Below are positions 7,415-16,610 of a DNA stretch of 64,000 nucleotides, piece after piece (the stretch's first letter is position 1; the number at the start of each line of letters is the position of its first letter). The DNA is from Candidatus Aminicenantes bacterium (lineage in GTDB: Bacteria > Acidobacteriota > Aminicenantia > Aminicenantales > UBA4085): contig PLMN01000012.1 of assembly GCA_003141555.1 (NCBI GenBank), positions 139,487-203,486 on the forward strand, written 5' to 3'. The notes under the pieces were generated by a model. It saw only the letters and a list, made by a program, of their open reading frames with translations. It was not told the DNA's origin and did not search any database. The translations under genes and the position numbers were made by a program.

Positions 7415-9418
7415 TCAGCGAATGACCCGGTCGTTCCGGAAGTCGTCCCAGACGTTCTCGAACCAGGCTTCGCCCGTCGGGATGGGCCGGACGGCGGTCC
7501 AGGCCGACTTGGGTTTGCCTCTCCCATCGAGCGCGATCTCCAGGATCCCGTCGTGGACGACGGACCCGGGAGAGGCGAGGGAGAACGTCCATTCGTCGCC
7601 GAGGCCCGGGCAAGGCGCCGCGCCGGACGGATCGATCACGAGATACGAGCCGCGGCTTGCCCCACCGCGGTATAGATATTCTTTGATCGCTTCGAGATAA
7701 ACGGCCTGGGTCAGGCAAAGATCGAGGGCCTTGAACGCCCCGGCCAGCCCGGCGGCCGATTCCGCCCGCAGGCCTTTCTTCAACCGGGCGAGCTGCCGCC
7801 AGGCGTTCGACGTCTCCCGGCCGATCGTCTTCGGGTCGCGGATTTCGGCGCCCTGCCGGGACATGCGCTCCCGGAGCTCCTCGAGGGCCGATGCTTCCGT
7901 CGTGGCGCCGGCCGCCTTCCGCTCCAGCATGGCCAGAGCCAGGAGGATCTTTTCCCGAATCCGGGCGCCCGCCGTCCGCAAAAACTCGGATACCGGGGGC
8001 GGATCGTCCCGGTAGCGCGCGGCGATGAACATCGCCGCCCGGGCGCTTCCGACCTGGCCGGCGTTCAAGGCCGAGCCTCCCGGTCGATAGACCCCGTGCG
8101 TCCCGCTGACCTCACCCACGGGGAAGAGATTTCTGATGTTCGACTCCCACCAAATGTTTCCTGCGAGGCCGCCGTTGTTGTGCTGGGCGCAGACCGCGAT
8201 TTCGAGCGGCTCGGCCGAGAGGTCGATGCCGTGACGGCGATATATTTCGACGGCGGGCGGGTTCATTTTGAGGAGCCGATCGATCGGCAAGGGGAGGAGG
8301 GCGCCCGATTTTTCGAGGTAGGTCCGCGCTTCGGGGGCCAGGGCGTCGAAACTGAAACTGCCGGCTGCTCCCCTCGGGTTCCGGCGGAAATCGAGCCAGA
8401 CGCGCCGGCCGAGGACGACGGTTTCCCGGTGGACGAGGATGTCGATGAGCGACGAGCCGCAGCCGGCGACCTTTCGGGGGTCAAAGGGCCATTGGTAGCC
8501 TTTAAAGAAGATGGCCGTCGTCAGCCGTCCCAAATCGGGAAAGAACGGGTTGAGAAATTCACGCTCGTCCCCGCCGTTGGAATCGGTGGAGACGTATCTC
8601 GGCACGGCCTGCTGATAGCTGCCGGAGAGGTTCCAACGGAACTTCAGCGAAGCGATCCCGAATTGGGATTCGGTCAGGTTCCGGCCGGCCGCGCCGATCT
8701 CGAAGGCCAGTCCATGCGATCCGGTCTGGCTCTCGGGATAGACCGAGGCCTCATAGATGCCCGCGGGCCCGCCCGTGCCCAGGATGATGTTGGCCGCGTT
8801 GAAGAGGACGAAGGCGGGCCGCCGACCCCGGCTTCGGCGCGCGTCGAGGGCGAGCGCTCCGATCACTTTTTTCCCGGCGCCGCGGCCGGCGGTGAGCAAG
8901 GCGATCACGGGATGGCCGTCGAAGACCCGGATTCGCTTCTTCCGCAGCTCGAAGGTCAGGGCCCGGCACATCATCCGCGACGTCAGCGGCCCGGCCGACG
9001 TGGCCCTCCGCCGCGAATCGTGGTCGGTCTTGTAGCCGACGTAGCCACCGTAACGGTCGTGAGGGAAGGGGACGCCGAGCGCCGCGAGGCGAAGGAAGGC
9101 CGCGGACGAGCCCAAGGCCTCGCAGAGGGCGATGTCGCCGTGCATGCAGCCGCCCCGGAACAAGTCCCCGGCCATTTCGAGCGGCGAGTCCGGCGACCCG
9201 CCGGCGAGCGACAGCTTGTAATAGGTCTGCTTGTCCGAGCCCGCATTGCGCGAGGTCCCGCCCTCGAAATCCTCCGTGACGAGGGCGATGTCGCGTTGCC
9301 CCCGGTCGTGGAGCGCCACGGCCGCGTTGAGCGAGGCGGCGCCGCTGCCGATGACGAGCGTGTTCAGGGAGTGGATCGGGATTCGAAGCCCCTCGATGAC
9401 GGCCCGTCCGTCGCGCAT
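7415..9418 (-). CDS. FAD-binding oxidoreductase (fumarate reductase / succinate dehydrogenase flavoprotein-like fold)
   Basis: N-terminal dinucleotide-binding motif VIGSGAASL. Internal HNNGGL-type active-site region. 667 aa. Confidence 0.6.
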   Translation of the reverse strand: MRDGRAVIEGLRIPIHSLNTLVIGSGAASLNAAVALHDRGQRDIALVTEDFEGGTSRNAGSDKQTYYKLSLAGGSPDSPLEMAGDLFRGGCMHGDIALCEALGSSAAFLRLAALGVPFPHDRYGGYVGYKTDHDSRRRATSAGPLTSRMMCRALTFELRKKRIRVFDGHPVIALLTAGRGAGKKVIGALALDARRSRGRRPAFVLFNAANIILGTGGPAGIYEASVYPESQTGSHGLAFEIGAAGRNLTESQFGIASLKFRWNLSGSYQQAVPRYVSTDSNGGDEREFLNPFFPDLGRLTTAIFFKGYQWPFDPRKVAGCGSSLIDILVHRETVVLGRRVWLDFRRNPRGAAGSFSFDALAPEARTYLEKSGALLPLPIDRLLKMNPPAVEIYRRHGIDLSAEPLEIAVCAQHNNGGLAGNIWWESNIRNLFPVGEVSGTHGVYRPGGSALNAGQVGSARAAMFIAARYRDDPPPVSEFLRTAGARIREKILLALAMLERKAAGATTEASALEELRERMSRQGAEIRDPKTIGRETSNAWRQLARLKKGLRAESAAGLAGAFKALDLCLTQAVYLEAIKEYLYRGGASRGSYLVIDPSGAAPCPGLGDEWTFSLASPGSVVHDGILEIALDGRGKPKSAWTAVRPIPTGEAWFENVWDDFRNDRVIR

Positions 9419-9419
9419 G

Positions 9420-10625
9420 TCAGTCGCTGGTGACGATGAACATCGGCCGATGGGCGAAGCTCTTGTAGAGCGGCCGGAGGCGCTGGCTGTCGTAGTACTT
9501 GTCGATATCCACGACCTTCTTGACGCTGGTCACGATGTCGATCGGGACGTTGTCGTACTCGCCGTTGCGGAGGCAGACCATCCGCCCGCTCCGATTCTCC
9601 ATGATCAGGTCGAGGGCGATGTTGCCATAGGCCATCGGGACGATCGAGTCGAAAGCGTCCGGGTCTCCGCAGCGAACCATGTAGCTCAGCCGCTGGCTGA
9701 TGACGTCAATCCGGCGCCCGTGGTTGAAGCGCGGCGAGAGCTCCTGGAGACGGTGGGCGATGACGTTCCCCACGCCGCCGAGCTTGCGGTGGCCGAACAT
9801 GTCCCGCTCATCGCTGGCGTAGACCATGTCGCCGGCCTCGTCGAACTTGGCCCCTTCGGACACCAGGACGACGGAATACAGGCTGGGATTGGTGGACCGG
9901 TCCTCGGTCAGGAGCTCGCACAGGTGCTCGACGTTGAACCGGGATTCGGGGATGACGCACCGGTTGGCCGCGCCGGCCATCGTCGGCAGGAGGGCCGTGA
10001 AGCCGGCGTAGCGGCCGAAGACCTCGATGACCAGGAAACGCTCGTGCGATCCGGCCGTGGTCCGGAGGGAATGGGTCAGGCTGATCGTCCGGGTGAGGCA
10101 GGTACTGAAGCCGATGCAGTAATCCGTCCCCGGCACATCGCCGTCCATGGTCTTCGGGATGCCGATGACCTTGACGCCCTTGTGGTGGAGATGGACGCCG
10201 TAGCTCAGCGTGTCGTCGCCGCCGATCGGGATGAGGAAATCGATGCCCAGGAAATCGAGGTTCTTGAGGACTTCTTCCGTCAGGTCATTCGTGGCGGCCG
10301 TGTACTGGTCGCGGAGGTGGGCCGGGACGGCGACATCGGGCACGTGGCTCGGCCGGGTGCGGGAGGTGTGGAGGAACGTCCCGCCCGTCCGACCCGCTTT
10401 GTTGACGATTTCCTCGGTCAGGTGCATGTAGTTCTCGGCGTTCGAGGCCGCGGCGTCCCGCTCGATGCCGATCAGGCCGCCCCAGCCGCGGCGGATGCCG
10501 ATGACCTCATAGCCCTCATGGAGGGCGCGTAGCGTGACCGCCCGGATGGCGGGGTTAAGACCGGGCACATCGCCGCCTCCGGTGAGGATCCCGATGATCC
10601 CCTTCTTCGTATTTATATTCGCCAT
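9420..10625 (-). CDS. 6-phosphofructokinase, probably pyrophosphate-dependent type
   Basis: PFK fold motifs ILTGGGDVPGLN, IGGDDTLSYG and PKTMDGD are present. The D in GGDDT and the K in PKTMDGD are the substitutions typical of PPi-PFK. Confidence 0.85.
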   Translation of the reverse strand: MANINTKKGIIGILTGGGDVPGLNPAIRAVTLRALHEGYEVIGIRRGWGGLIGIERDAAASNAENYMHLTEEIVNKAGRTGGTFLHTSRTRPSHVPDVAVPAHLRDQYTAATNDLTEEVLKNLDFLGIDFLIPIGGDDTLSYGVHLHHKGVKVIGIPKTMDGDVPGTDYCIGFSTCLTRTISLTHSLRTTAGSHERFLVIEVFGRYAGFTALLPTMAGAANRCVIPESRFNVEHLCELLTEDRSTNPSLYSVVLVSEGAKFDEAGDMVYASDERDMFGHRKLGGVGNVIAHRLQELSPRFNHGRRIDVISQRLSYMVRCGDPDAFDSIVPMAYGNIALDLIMENRSGRMVCLRNGEYDNVPIDIVTSVKKVVDIDKYYDSQRLRPLYKSFAHRPMFIVTSD

Positions 10626-10753
10626 GACCGTCTCCTATCGTATATGACTCTCTATTATACCGGAAAGGCGCGCTCGGATTAACAGAGATATCGAAAAAGA
10701 GTCATTCCCGGCGGGTCCTGGCGCCGGCCGGGGCACGATGAGGTATCACCGCT

Positions 10754-12076
10754 TCAGGTCATACGATATACGCCGCGATCGCGGACCACGCACCCCACGG
10801 GACGGCCCGCGCGCAGGAGCTCGGAACAATGGGAGCAGGCCACGCAGGCTTTTCGCGGGGGCAGCGCTCCCATCCGCCGCAGGTCGGCCGCGAAATCGGG
10901 GGCGGCAAAGGCCAGGCGGCCGAGGCCGGCAAAGGTAATCCGTTTTTTCCCGACGGCCCCGGCGGCGACGAACGGGAAATATTGCCGCAGCCAGGAAAAG
11001 CCCGTGCCGACGACGGGCAGGTCCGGGAATGAGGCCTGAAGGCCGGCTGCGGCGTTCAAGAGGCGGGCGACGCCCGCCAGCGGATGCTCGGTCGGAACCG
11101 CACCTCCCGCCGGTGGGCGATCGAACGGGCGGCCGAGATAAGGCTTGAAGGCGGGGATGCCCAGCGTGACGTTCAGCAGATCGAGTCCGCGCGCCCTGAG
11201 CTCCCGGACGACATGAACGGCCTCGGCGAGGTCGGGCGTCTCGGGTTCGCCCGCGGAGCCTCCGAAGCCGTAGGGCACGGCGAGTCCGTCGCAAGCGCCC
11301 AGCCGGACGGCGAGGACGAGATCGGGCCGCCGCCGCTTGATCTCGGCCGCCGTTTCGATGAGGAATCGGGCCCTGTTCTCCAAGGGCCCGCCGTAGCGGC
11401 TCTCCGTCCGGGCGCGGGCGGCGAGGAGCTCCCCGACGAGGTAGCCGTGGCAAGCCTTGAGATCGACGCCGTCAAAGCCGGCCTCGGCGGCCGTCTCCGC
11501 GGCTTCGGCGAAGCGCGTCCGGAGATCGTCGAGCTCGGCGTCCGTGATCAGCGGGAATTCGTGGTCGGTCTTCCGGAGCGGGTCGAGGAAGGGATTGCGC
11601 TGGGCGGCGGCGGGCGAGGGCCGTCCTCCGCGCTTGGCGAAGCGGCCGGTGTGCGTCAACTGAAGGATGAGCAGGGGACCGGGGCCGGGAGTGCCGCTTG
11701 CTTCCGCGGCGGTCCGGGTTTCTGAAACCAGCCGCTTGAAAGTCGGCAGATTGGAAGGGCTGATCAGGAGCTGATGGGCGTTTGACCGTCCGCCTCCGAC
11801 GACGGCCGCCGCTTCGAACCAGATCAGGCCCGCCCCGCCCGCCGCGTATCTTTTATAACGCCGGAAGGTCAGGGGGCCGGGCGCCCCATCCTCGCCGGCG
11901 TCCGCGCCTTCCATCGGCTGGATCACGAGCCGGTTGGGCACGGTCAGGCGGCCGAGGGGATTCGGAGCGAACAGGCTCTTGATATCTTGGGCGTAGGGAA
12001 GATCGAGCTTTAAGGCCAGGGCCTTGTCCCGCAGCTCATCGCCGGATCGGAACCGGAACCGCTCGTGGCCCGTCAT
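10754..12076 (-). CDS. Old Yellow Enzyme family NADH:flavin oxidoreductase
   Basis: OYE-like TIM-barrel motifs (LVIQPMEGADA, GFDGVDLKACHGYL). An ATGA overlap with the upstream gene places the start at MTGHERF. Confidence 0.75.
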   Translation of the reverse strand: MTGHERFRFRSGDELRDKALALKLDLPYAQDIKSLFAPNPLGRLTVPNRLVIQPMEGADAGEDGAPGPLTFRRYKRYAAGGAGLIWFEAAAVVGGGRSNAHQLLISPSNLPTFKRLVSETRTAAEASGTPGPGPLLILQLTHTGRFAKRGGRPSPAAAQRNPFLDPLRKTDHEFPLITDAELDDLRTRFAEAAETAAEAGFDGVDLKACHGYLVGELLAARARTESRYGGPLENRARFLIETAAEIKRRRPDLVLAVRLGACDGLAVPYGFGGSAGEPETPDLAEAVHVVRELRARGLDLLNVTLGIPAFKPYLGRPFDRPPAGGAVPTEHPLAGVARLLNAAAGLQASFPDLPVVGTGFSWLRQYFPFVAAGAVGKKRITFAGLGRLAFAAPDFAADLRRMGALPPRKACVACSHCSELLRAGRPVGCVVRDRGVYRMT

Positions 12077-13062
12077 GTCTCTCCGGCGATCTTCCGGACC
12101 GCCTTCAGGTCCCTCCGGACGCGGGCTTGGCAGGCTTCGGGCCAGCGCGCCCGGTCCAGGACGGCGAGCTCTTTCGCCTGGACGAGCTCCCCGGTGCGGA
12201 CCGCGATCTTCAGCAGGTCGGCGAGCTCGGAGACGTTCAGGTCCGGAAATTTCCCCAGGAAGGCCGGATTGAAGATCGGGAGGGAAAACGATCCGCCGTG
12301 GTCTTCGATGGACAGCCTGATCTCGCGGGGGAGCGAGGACAGGACCTCGAAAATCCGGGCGAGATCGACCAGGCCTTTGCCCGCTTCGGCGGTGAACGAG
12401 GTGAGGCCGTCGGGGCCGAGGAGCAGGCCGCCGTCCTTGACGTGCGTCGTCACGACCCACGGGAGGACACGGCGCGTCGCGGCCACGGGCTCCTCGAGCA
12501 TGGTCAGGAGATTCATCGTGTCGAGACAGATGCCGATCGGGCCGCCCGGCTCGGCGCCGCTCATCTCGAACGCGCGGAGGAGCTCGAAGGTCGTGAATTC
12601 AAAATGGGTTTCGACCGCGAGGACGACGCCGAGATCGCGGTAAACGGGCACTTGGGCGCTGAGGCCGCGGGCCGTCGCCTCGAGGAGATCCTCGGTCGGG
12701 AGGGAATCGTCCTTCCAGCGCATCAAGCCACCCGAGCAGGAGCGGATCGTTTTCACGCCCAGGAAGGCGGCCTGCTCGGCGACGCGCCGGTTGGCCGCGG
12801 CAATGTCCCTCGGCGCCCCCGTCGCCAGGTCGCAAGGGATGTGTTGGCCGCCGCCCCATTCCAGATAGAGGCCATTTTGGCGGGCATAATCCCGGAGCTC
12901 GGCAAGGAATCCCCGATCCTCGGCCTGGGCGGGAGGCTCGGAGAACTGGACTCCGCGGGCATCGTTGAGGAGCGCCCAATCCAGCAGCTCGAACGGGTCG
13001 AGAGCCAAGGGCTTGAGGCTGTAGGCGTCGATGCCGACCTTGAAGGGCTTCATGGCTTCCAT
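12073..13062 (-). CDS. Sugar phosphate isomerase/epimerase (xylose isomerase-like TIM barrel)
   Basis: AP-endonuclease-2/xylose isomerase-like barrel signature (VGIDAYSL..., HVKDGG). Start chosen at MEAMKPFKV. Confidence 0.65.
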   Translation of the reverse strand: MEAMKPFKVGIDAYSLKPLALDPFELLDWALLNDARGVQFSEPPAQAEDRGFLAELRDYARQNGLYLEWGGGQHIPCDLATGAPRDIAAANRRVAEQAAFLGVKTIRSCSGGLMRWKDDSLPTEDLLEATARGLSAQVPVYRDLGVVLAVETHFEFTTFELLRAFEMSGAEPGGPIGICLDTMNLLTMLEEPVAATRRVLPWVVTTHVKDGGLLLGPDGLTSFTAEAGKGLVDLARIFEVLSSLPREIRLSIEDHGGSFSLPIFNPAFLGKFPDLNVSELADLLKIAVRTGELVQAKELAVLDRARWPEACQARVRRDLKAVRKIAGET

Positions 13063-13089
13063 CTCGATTCTAGCACTATCTAACGTTCT

Positions 13090-13450
13090 GGGCGAGGGGG
13101 GAGAGGGCCGTCGGCACGCCGGTTTCCCCGGCGCGGAAACCGGCTCGGGTTCCGGCTCGCCGCCAGCGCCGCTTCGCGTCGCTGGTCCATGCCGGCTCGC
13201 CTCCACACGGCCTCCTTGCCCTCTCCCCCCTCGCCCTGCCCGCGGTCTTCTAGGCAAGTCCAAGGGTGATCGCCGGCCGCGCAGGGTCATCCCCAAGGCC
13301 CGCATAGCGGAGGGGGGGCCCCCCGGCGAAGCAGGGGGGGAACCGACGGGACTGGTTCCCCAGCGGGCCGGGGGATGCCCTGCGGAAGGCCGGCTGAAAC
13401 TCGGGTTTAGCGGGCGGGGAAGCCGGCGTGCCGACGGTCCTTTCCCCCCG
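13090..13450. repeat. GC-rich structured region with nested inverted repeats (possible cis-regulatory RNA or palindromic element)
   Basis: GGCGAGGGGGGAGAGGGC (13091-13108) pairs with GCCCTCTCCCCCCTCGCC (13219-13236). Internal hairpin CCGGTTTCC...GGAAACCGG. GCCGTCGGCACGCCGG pairs with CCGGCGTGCCGACGG roughly 320 nt apart. Hairpin GGGGAACC...GGTTCCCC. Confidence 0.3.
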
Positions 13451-13459
13451 AGCTCGGCG

Positions 13460-13488
13460 TTGACTTCGGATTACGGCTTGAATATAGT
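13460..13488 (+). promoter_or_regulatory. Sigma70-type promoter (TTGACT-N17-TATAGT)
   Basis: Near-consensus hexamers with 17-nt spacing lie about 40 nt upstream of the ATG at 13530. Confidence 0.4.
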
Positions 13489-13529
13489 CGAGGGAACTTT
13501 TGTGATGACACGTCTTGGGAGGAGGCCTC

Positions 13530-16457
13530 ATGCGTAAACCCCTGTCGCTTTTGCGTTGGACCTGCGTTTTCCTGATGATCGCTCTTTGGCCGCTGACCCG
13601 GGCGTCGGGGCAGGCGACGGGCAAGAAACCCATCACCTACGATGCATACGCCGGGTGGCGCTCGATCCAGGGCACCCAGCTCAGCCGCGACGGCATCTGG
13701 CTGGCCTATGCTCTGGTCGCCCAGGAAGGCGACGGCGAGCTCGTCGTCCGCAACCTGAAGAACGACAAGGAACACCGGCATCCGCGGGGCACGTCGCCGG
13801 TCATCACCTTCGACGGGAAATTCGCCGTGTTCACCATCGTCCCGCCCCAGGACGAAGTGGACAAGGCCAAGAAGGACAAGAAGAAGCCCGAGGAGATGCC
13901 CAAAAACGGCCTTGGCATCATGAATATCGCTACCGGCGAGGTCTCGACGGTCGAACGGGTAAAGAGCTTCAAAGTCGCCGATGAATCGGGCGCCTATGTA
14001 GCCTATCTTATGGAGCCCCCGCTCAAGGCGCCGGCAGATAAGGAGGCCGCGGTCAAGCCGGAGCCGGCGGCCAAGACCCTGCCCGCCAAGGAACCCGCGG
14101 CCAAGGACGAGGCCAAGAAGAAGAAGGAAAAGAAGCACGAGCCGGGCAACGACCTGTTCGTCCGGGAGCTGGCCACAGGGACCTTGACCGCGATTAAAGA
14201 GGCCACCGACTACGCCTGGTCGAAGAACGGGGCGCACTTGGCCGTGGCCGTGATGTCCAAGAAGCCCGAGGACGACGGCCTCTGCCTGTTCAGCGCCAAG
14301 GAGCCGCAGAAGGGCGCCGTTTCGCTGATGAAGGGCCAGGGGACTTATAAATCGATCGCCTTCGACGAGAAAGGGGCGCAGCTGGCCTTCGTGAGCGAGC
14401 GCGACGAATGGAAGAACGACGCTTCGGCCTTCAAGCTCTATTATTGGACCGAGGGGACGCCGGCCGCGGTCGAGATCGCGTCCGGCGCGACCAAGGGCAT
14501 GCCCGCCGGCATGGCCGTGGGCGAGAACGGGCGGACGAGCTTCGCCAAGGACGGGAGCAAACTTTTCTTCGGATACGCGCCCGCTCCCAAGGCCGAGCCC
14601 GAGGACGCGCCGGAGCCGGTGAAGGTCGACATCTGGACCTGGAAGGACCCCGAGTTCCAGCCGGCGCAGAAGGTCCAGGCGGACGAGGAGAAGAAGCGGA
14701 GCTTCCAGGCCGTCATTCACCTCAAGGAGAAAAAGCTCGTTCCGCTGGCCGGTCCCGATCTGCCGAACGTGATCTTGTCCGAAGAGGCGAAGCTCGCCCT
14801 GGGCACGTCGGAAATCCCGTACCGTCAGCTCGTCTCCTGGGACCAGAGCTATGATGATGTCTACCTTGTCAGTCTCGCGGACGGGACGCGCAAGAAGATC
14901 CTGGAGAAGTCGCCGAATTCGGTCACGATTTCGCCGGGGGCGAATTACCTCCTCTACTATGTGGATCAGGACCGGAGCTGGTACTCCTACCGCGTCCTCG
15001 ATGGCAAGACCTTCAACCTGACGGCCAAGCTCGGCGTTCGGTTCGAGAACGAAGAGCACGACACGCCGGACGATCCCCGCCCTTACGGCTCCGCCGGGTG
15101 GACCGAGGGCGACAAGACCGTGCTCCTGTACGATCGTTATGACATCTGGGAAGTCAAGCCCGACGGCTCCGGCGGCCGGAACGTTACGAACGGCGTCGGG
15201 CGGAAAAACGCCCTGACGCTCCGATATGCGCGGCTCGACCGCGAGGAGCGGGCCATCCCGACCAAGTCGTCCCTCTGGCTCATGGCCACGGACGAGAAGA
15301 CAAAAGCCTCGGGCTATTATCGGATGACCCTGTCCGCCACGGGCGATCCGGTCAAGGTTGCCATGCTCGATAAGCGGTTCGGGGGCCTGCAAAAAGCCAA
15401 GAATGCCGAGACATTCGTGTTCACCCTGTCCCGCTTCGAGGAATTCCCCGACCTGTGGGTGAGCGGTCCGGGGCTGACCGATATGAAAAAGGTGAGCGAC
15501 GCCAACCCGCAGCAGGCCCAATATATTTGGGGGAAGTCCGAGCTCATCCACTACGTCAACGACGACGGCCTCACCCTGGAAGCGCTCCTGATCAAGCCCG
15601 AGAACTTCGATCCCTCGAAGAAGTACCCCCTGATGGTCAACATCTACGAGAAGATGGCCTCCGGGCTGCACAGCTATGCCACCCCGGCGCCCGGGACGAG
15701 CATCAACATCGCCCGCTATGTCAGCAACGGCTACGTCATCCTCCAGCCGGACATTGTTTACGAGATCGGCTATCCGGGCTCGAGCGCCCTGAAGTGCGTC
15801 CTGCCGGCCGTCCAGAAGATTATGGGTGAAGGCTACATCGACCCGAAGCGGATCGGCATCCAGGGCCACAGCTGGGGCGGCTATCAGATCACCTACATGA
15901 TCACCCAGACCGACATCTTCGCCGCCGTCGAGGCGGGCGCCTCGGTCTCGAACATGACCAGCGCCTACGGTGGGATCCGGTGGGGGGCGGGAGTGTCCCG
16001 GGCGTTCCAGTACGAAAAGACGCAGAGCCGGATCGGCGCGCCGCTCTGGATGCGGGCCCTGCAGTTCATCGAGAATTCGCCCCTGTTCTGGGTCGAGCGG
16101 GTCAAGACGCCGTATTTGACGATCCACAACGATGAAGACGACGCGGTTCCCTGGTATCAGGGGATCGAGTTCTTCTCGGCCCTGCGCCACCTGGGCAAGG
16201 AAGCTTACATGTTCGTCTACAACGGCGAAAAGCACGGCCTGCGCGATCGGGAGAACCAGAAGAACTGGACTGTCCACATGGATGAGTTCTTCGACCACTA
16301 CCTGAAAGGCGGGCCGCTTCCGTCCTGGATGGACAAGGGCGTACCGTACCTCGAAAAGGGCAAGCGGGACGTCACGCCGCTTTTCAAGAAAGAGACGAAG
16401 AAGTCGTCGGGCGGCTCTCCGGAGGACGGCGATAAGCGCGATCAGCCGGGACGTTGA
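13530..16457 (+). CDS. S9 family serine peptidase (prolyl oligopeptidase/dipeptidyl peptidase-like) with N-terminal beta-propeller
   Basis: Signal peptide. GHSWGGYQ nucleophile elbow. The C-terminal catalytic domain carries the H of the triad (GEKHGL). GGGAGGAGG RBS. Confidence 0.8.
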   Translation: MRKPLSLLRWTCVFLMIALWPLTRASGQATGKKPITYDAYAGWRSIQGTQLSRDGIWLAYALVAQEGDGELVVRNLKNDKEHRHPRGTSPVITFDGKFAVFTIVPPQDEVDKAKKDKKKPEEMPKNGLGIMNIATGEVSTVERVKSFKVADESGAYVAYLMEPPLKAPADKEAAVKPEPAAKTLPAKEPAAKDEAKKKKEKKHEPGNDLFVRELATGTLTAIKEATDYAWSKNGAHLAVAVMSKKPEDDGLCLFSAKEPQKGAVSLMKGQGTYKSIAFDEKGAQLAFVSERDEWKNDASAFKLYYWTEGTPAAVEIASGATKGMPAGMAVGENGRTSFAKDGSKLFFGYAPAPKAEPEDAPEPVKVDIWTWKDPEFQPAQKVQADEEKKRSFQAVIHLKEKKLVPLAGPDLPNVILSEEAKLALGTSEIPYRQLVSWDQSYDDVYLVSLADGTRKKILEKSPNSVTISPGANYLLYYVDQDRSWYSYRVLDGKTFNLTAKLGVRFENEEHDTPDDPRPYGSAGWTEGDKTVLLYDRYDIWEVKPDGSGGRNVTNGVGRKNALTLRYARLDREERAIPTKSSLWLMATDEKTKASGYYRMTLSATGDPVKVAMLDKRFGGLQKAKNAETFVFTLSRFEEFPDLWVSGPGLTDMKKVSDANPQQAQYIWGKSELIHYVNDDGLTLEALLIKPENFDPSKKYPLMVNIYEKMASGLHSYATPAPGTSINIARYVSNGYVILQPDIVYEIGYPGSSALKCVLPAVQKIMGEGYIDPKRIGIQGHSWGGYQITYMITQTDIFAAVEAGASVSNMTSAYGGIRWGAGVSRAFQYEKTQSRIGAPLWMRALQFIENSPLFWVERVKTPYLTIHNDEDDAVPWYQGIEFFSALRHLGKEAYMFVYNGEKHGLRDRENQKNWTVHMDEFFDHYLKGGPLPSWMDKGVPYLEKGKRDVTPLFKKETKKSSGGSPEDGDKRDQPGR

Positions 16458-16536
16458 AGCAATGCCCCGGCGCGTAGCGCATAGCGCCGCTGGCCGGAGC
16501 GATGGCTTCATCGTCCCCCCGCGTTAGCCGGGACGA

Positions 16537-16566
16537 TTGAAACAATCGCCGGGCGTGTGCTATATT
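16537..16566 (+). promoter_or_regulatory. Sigma70-type promoter (TTGAAA-N18-TATATT)
   Basis: Hexamers lie 45 nt upstream of the ATG at 16611. A direct repeat TTGAAGCAATGCCCCGGCG / TTGAAACAATCGCCGGGCG occupies the same spacer. Confidence 0.35.
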
Positions 16567-16610
16567 GGCCTCTCTTTTGAGAGACCGAAATCGACGAGAG
16601 GAGCACGATC

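Noticed and set aside
10634-10773. Imperfect inverted repeat TATCGTATATGAC / GTCATACGATA flanking the PFK upstream region
   Set aside because: The arms are offset and imperfect and could be chance. It was not reported as a feature.
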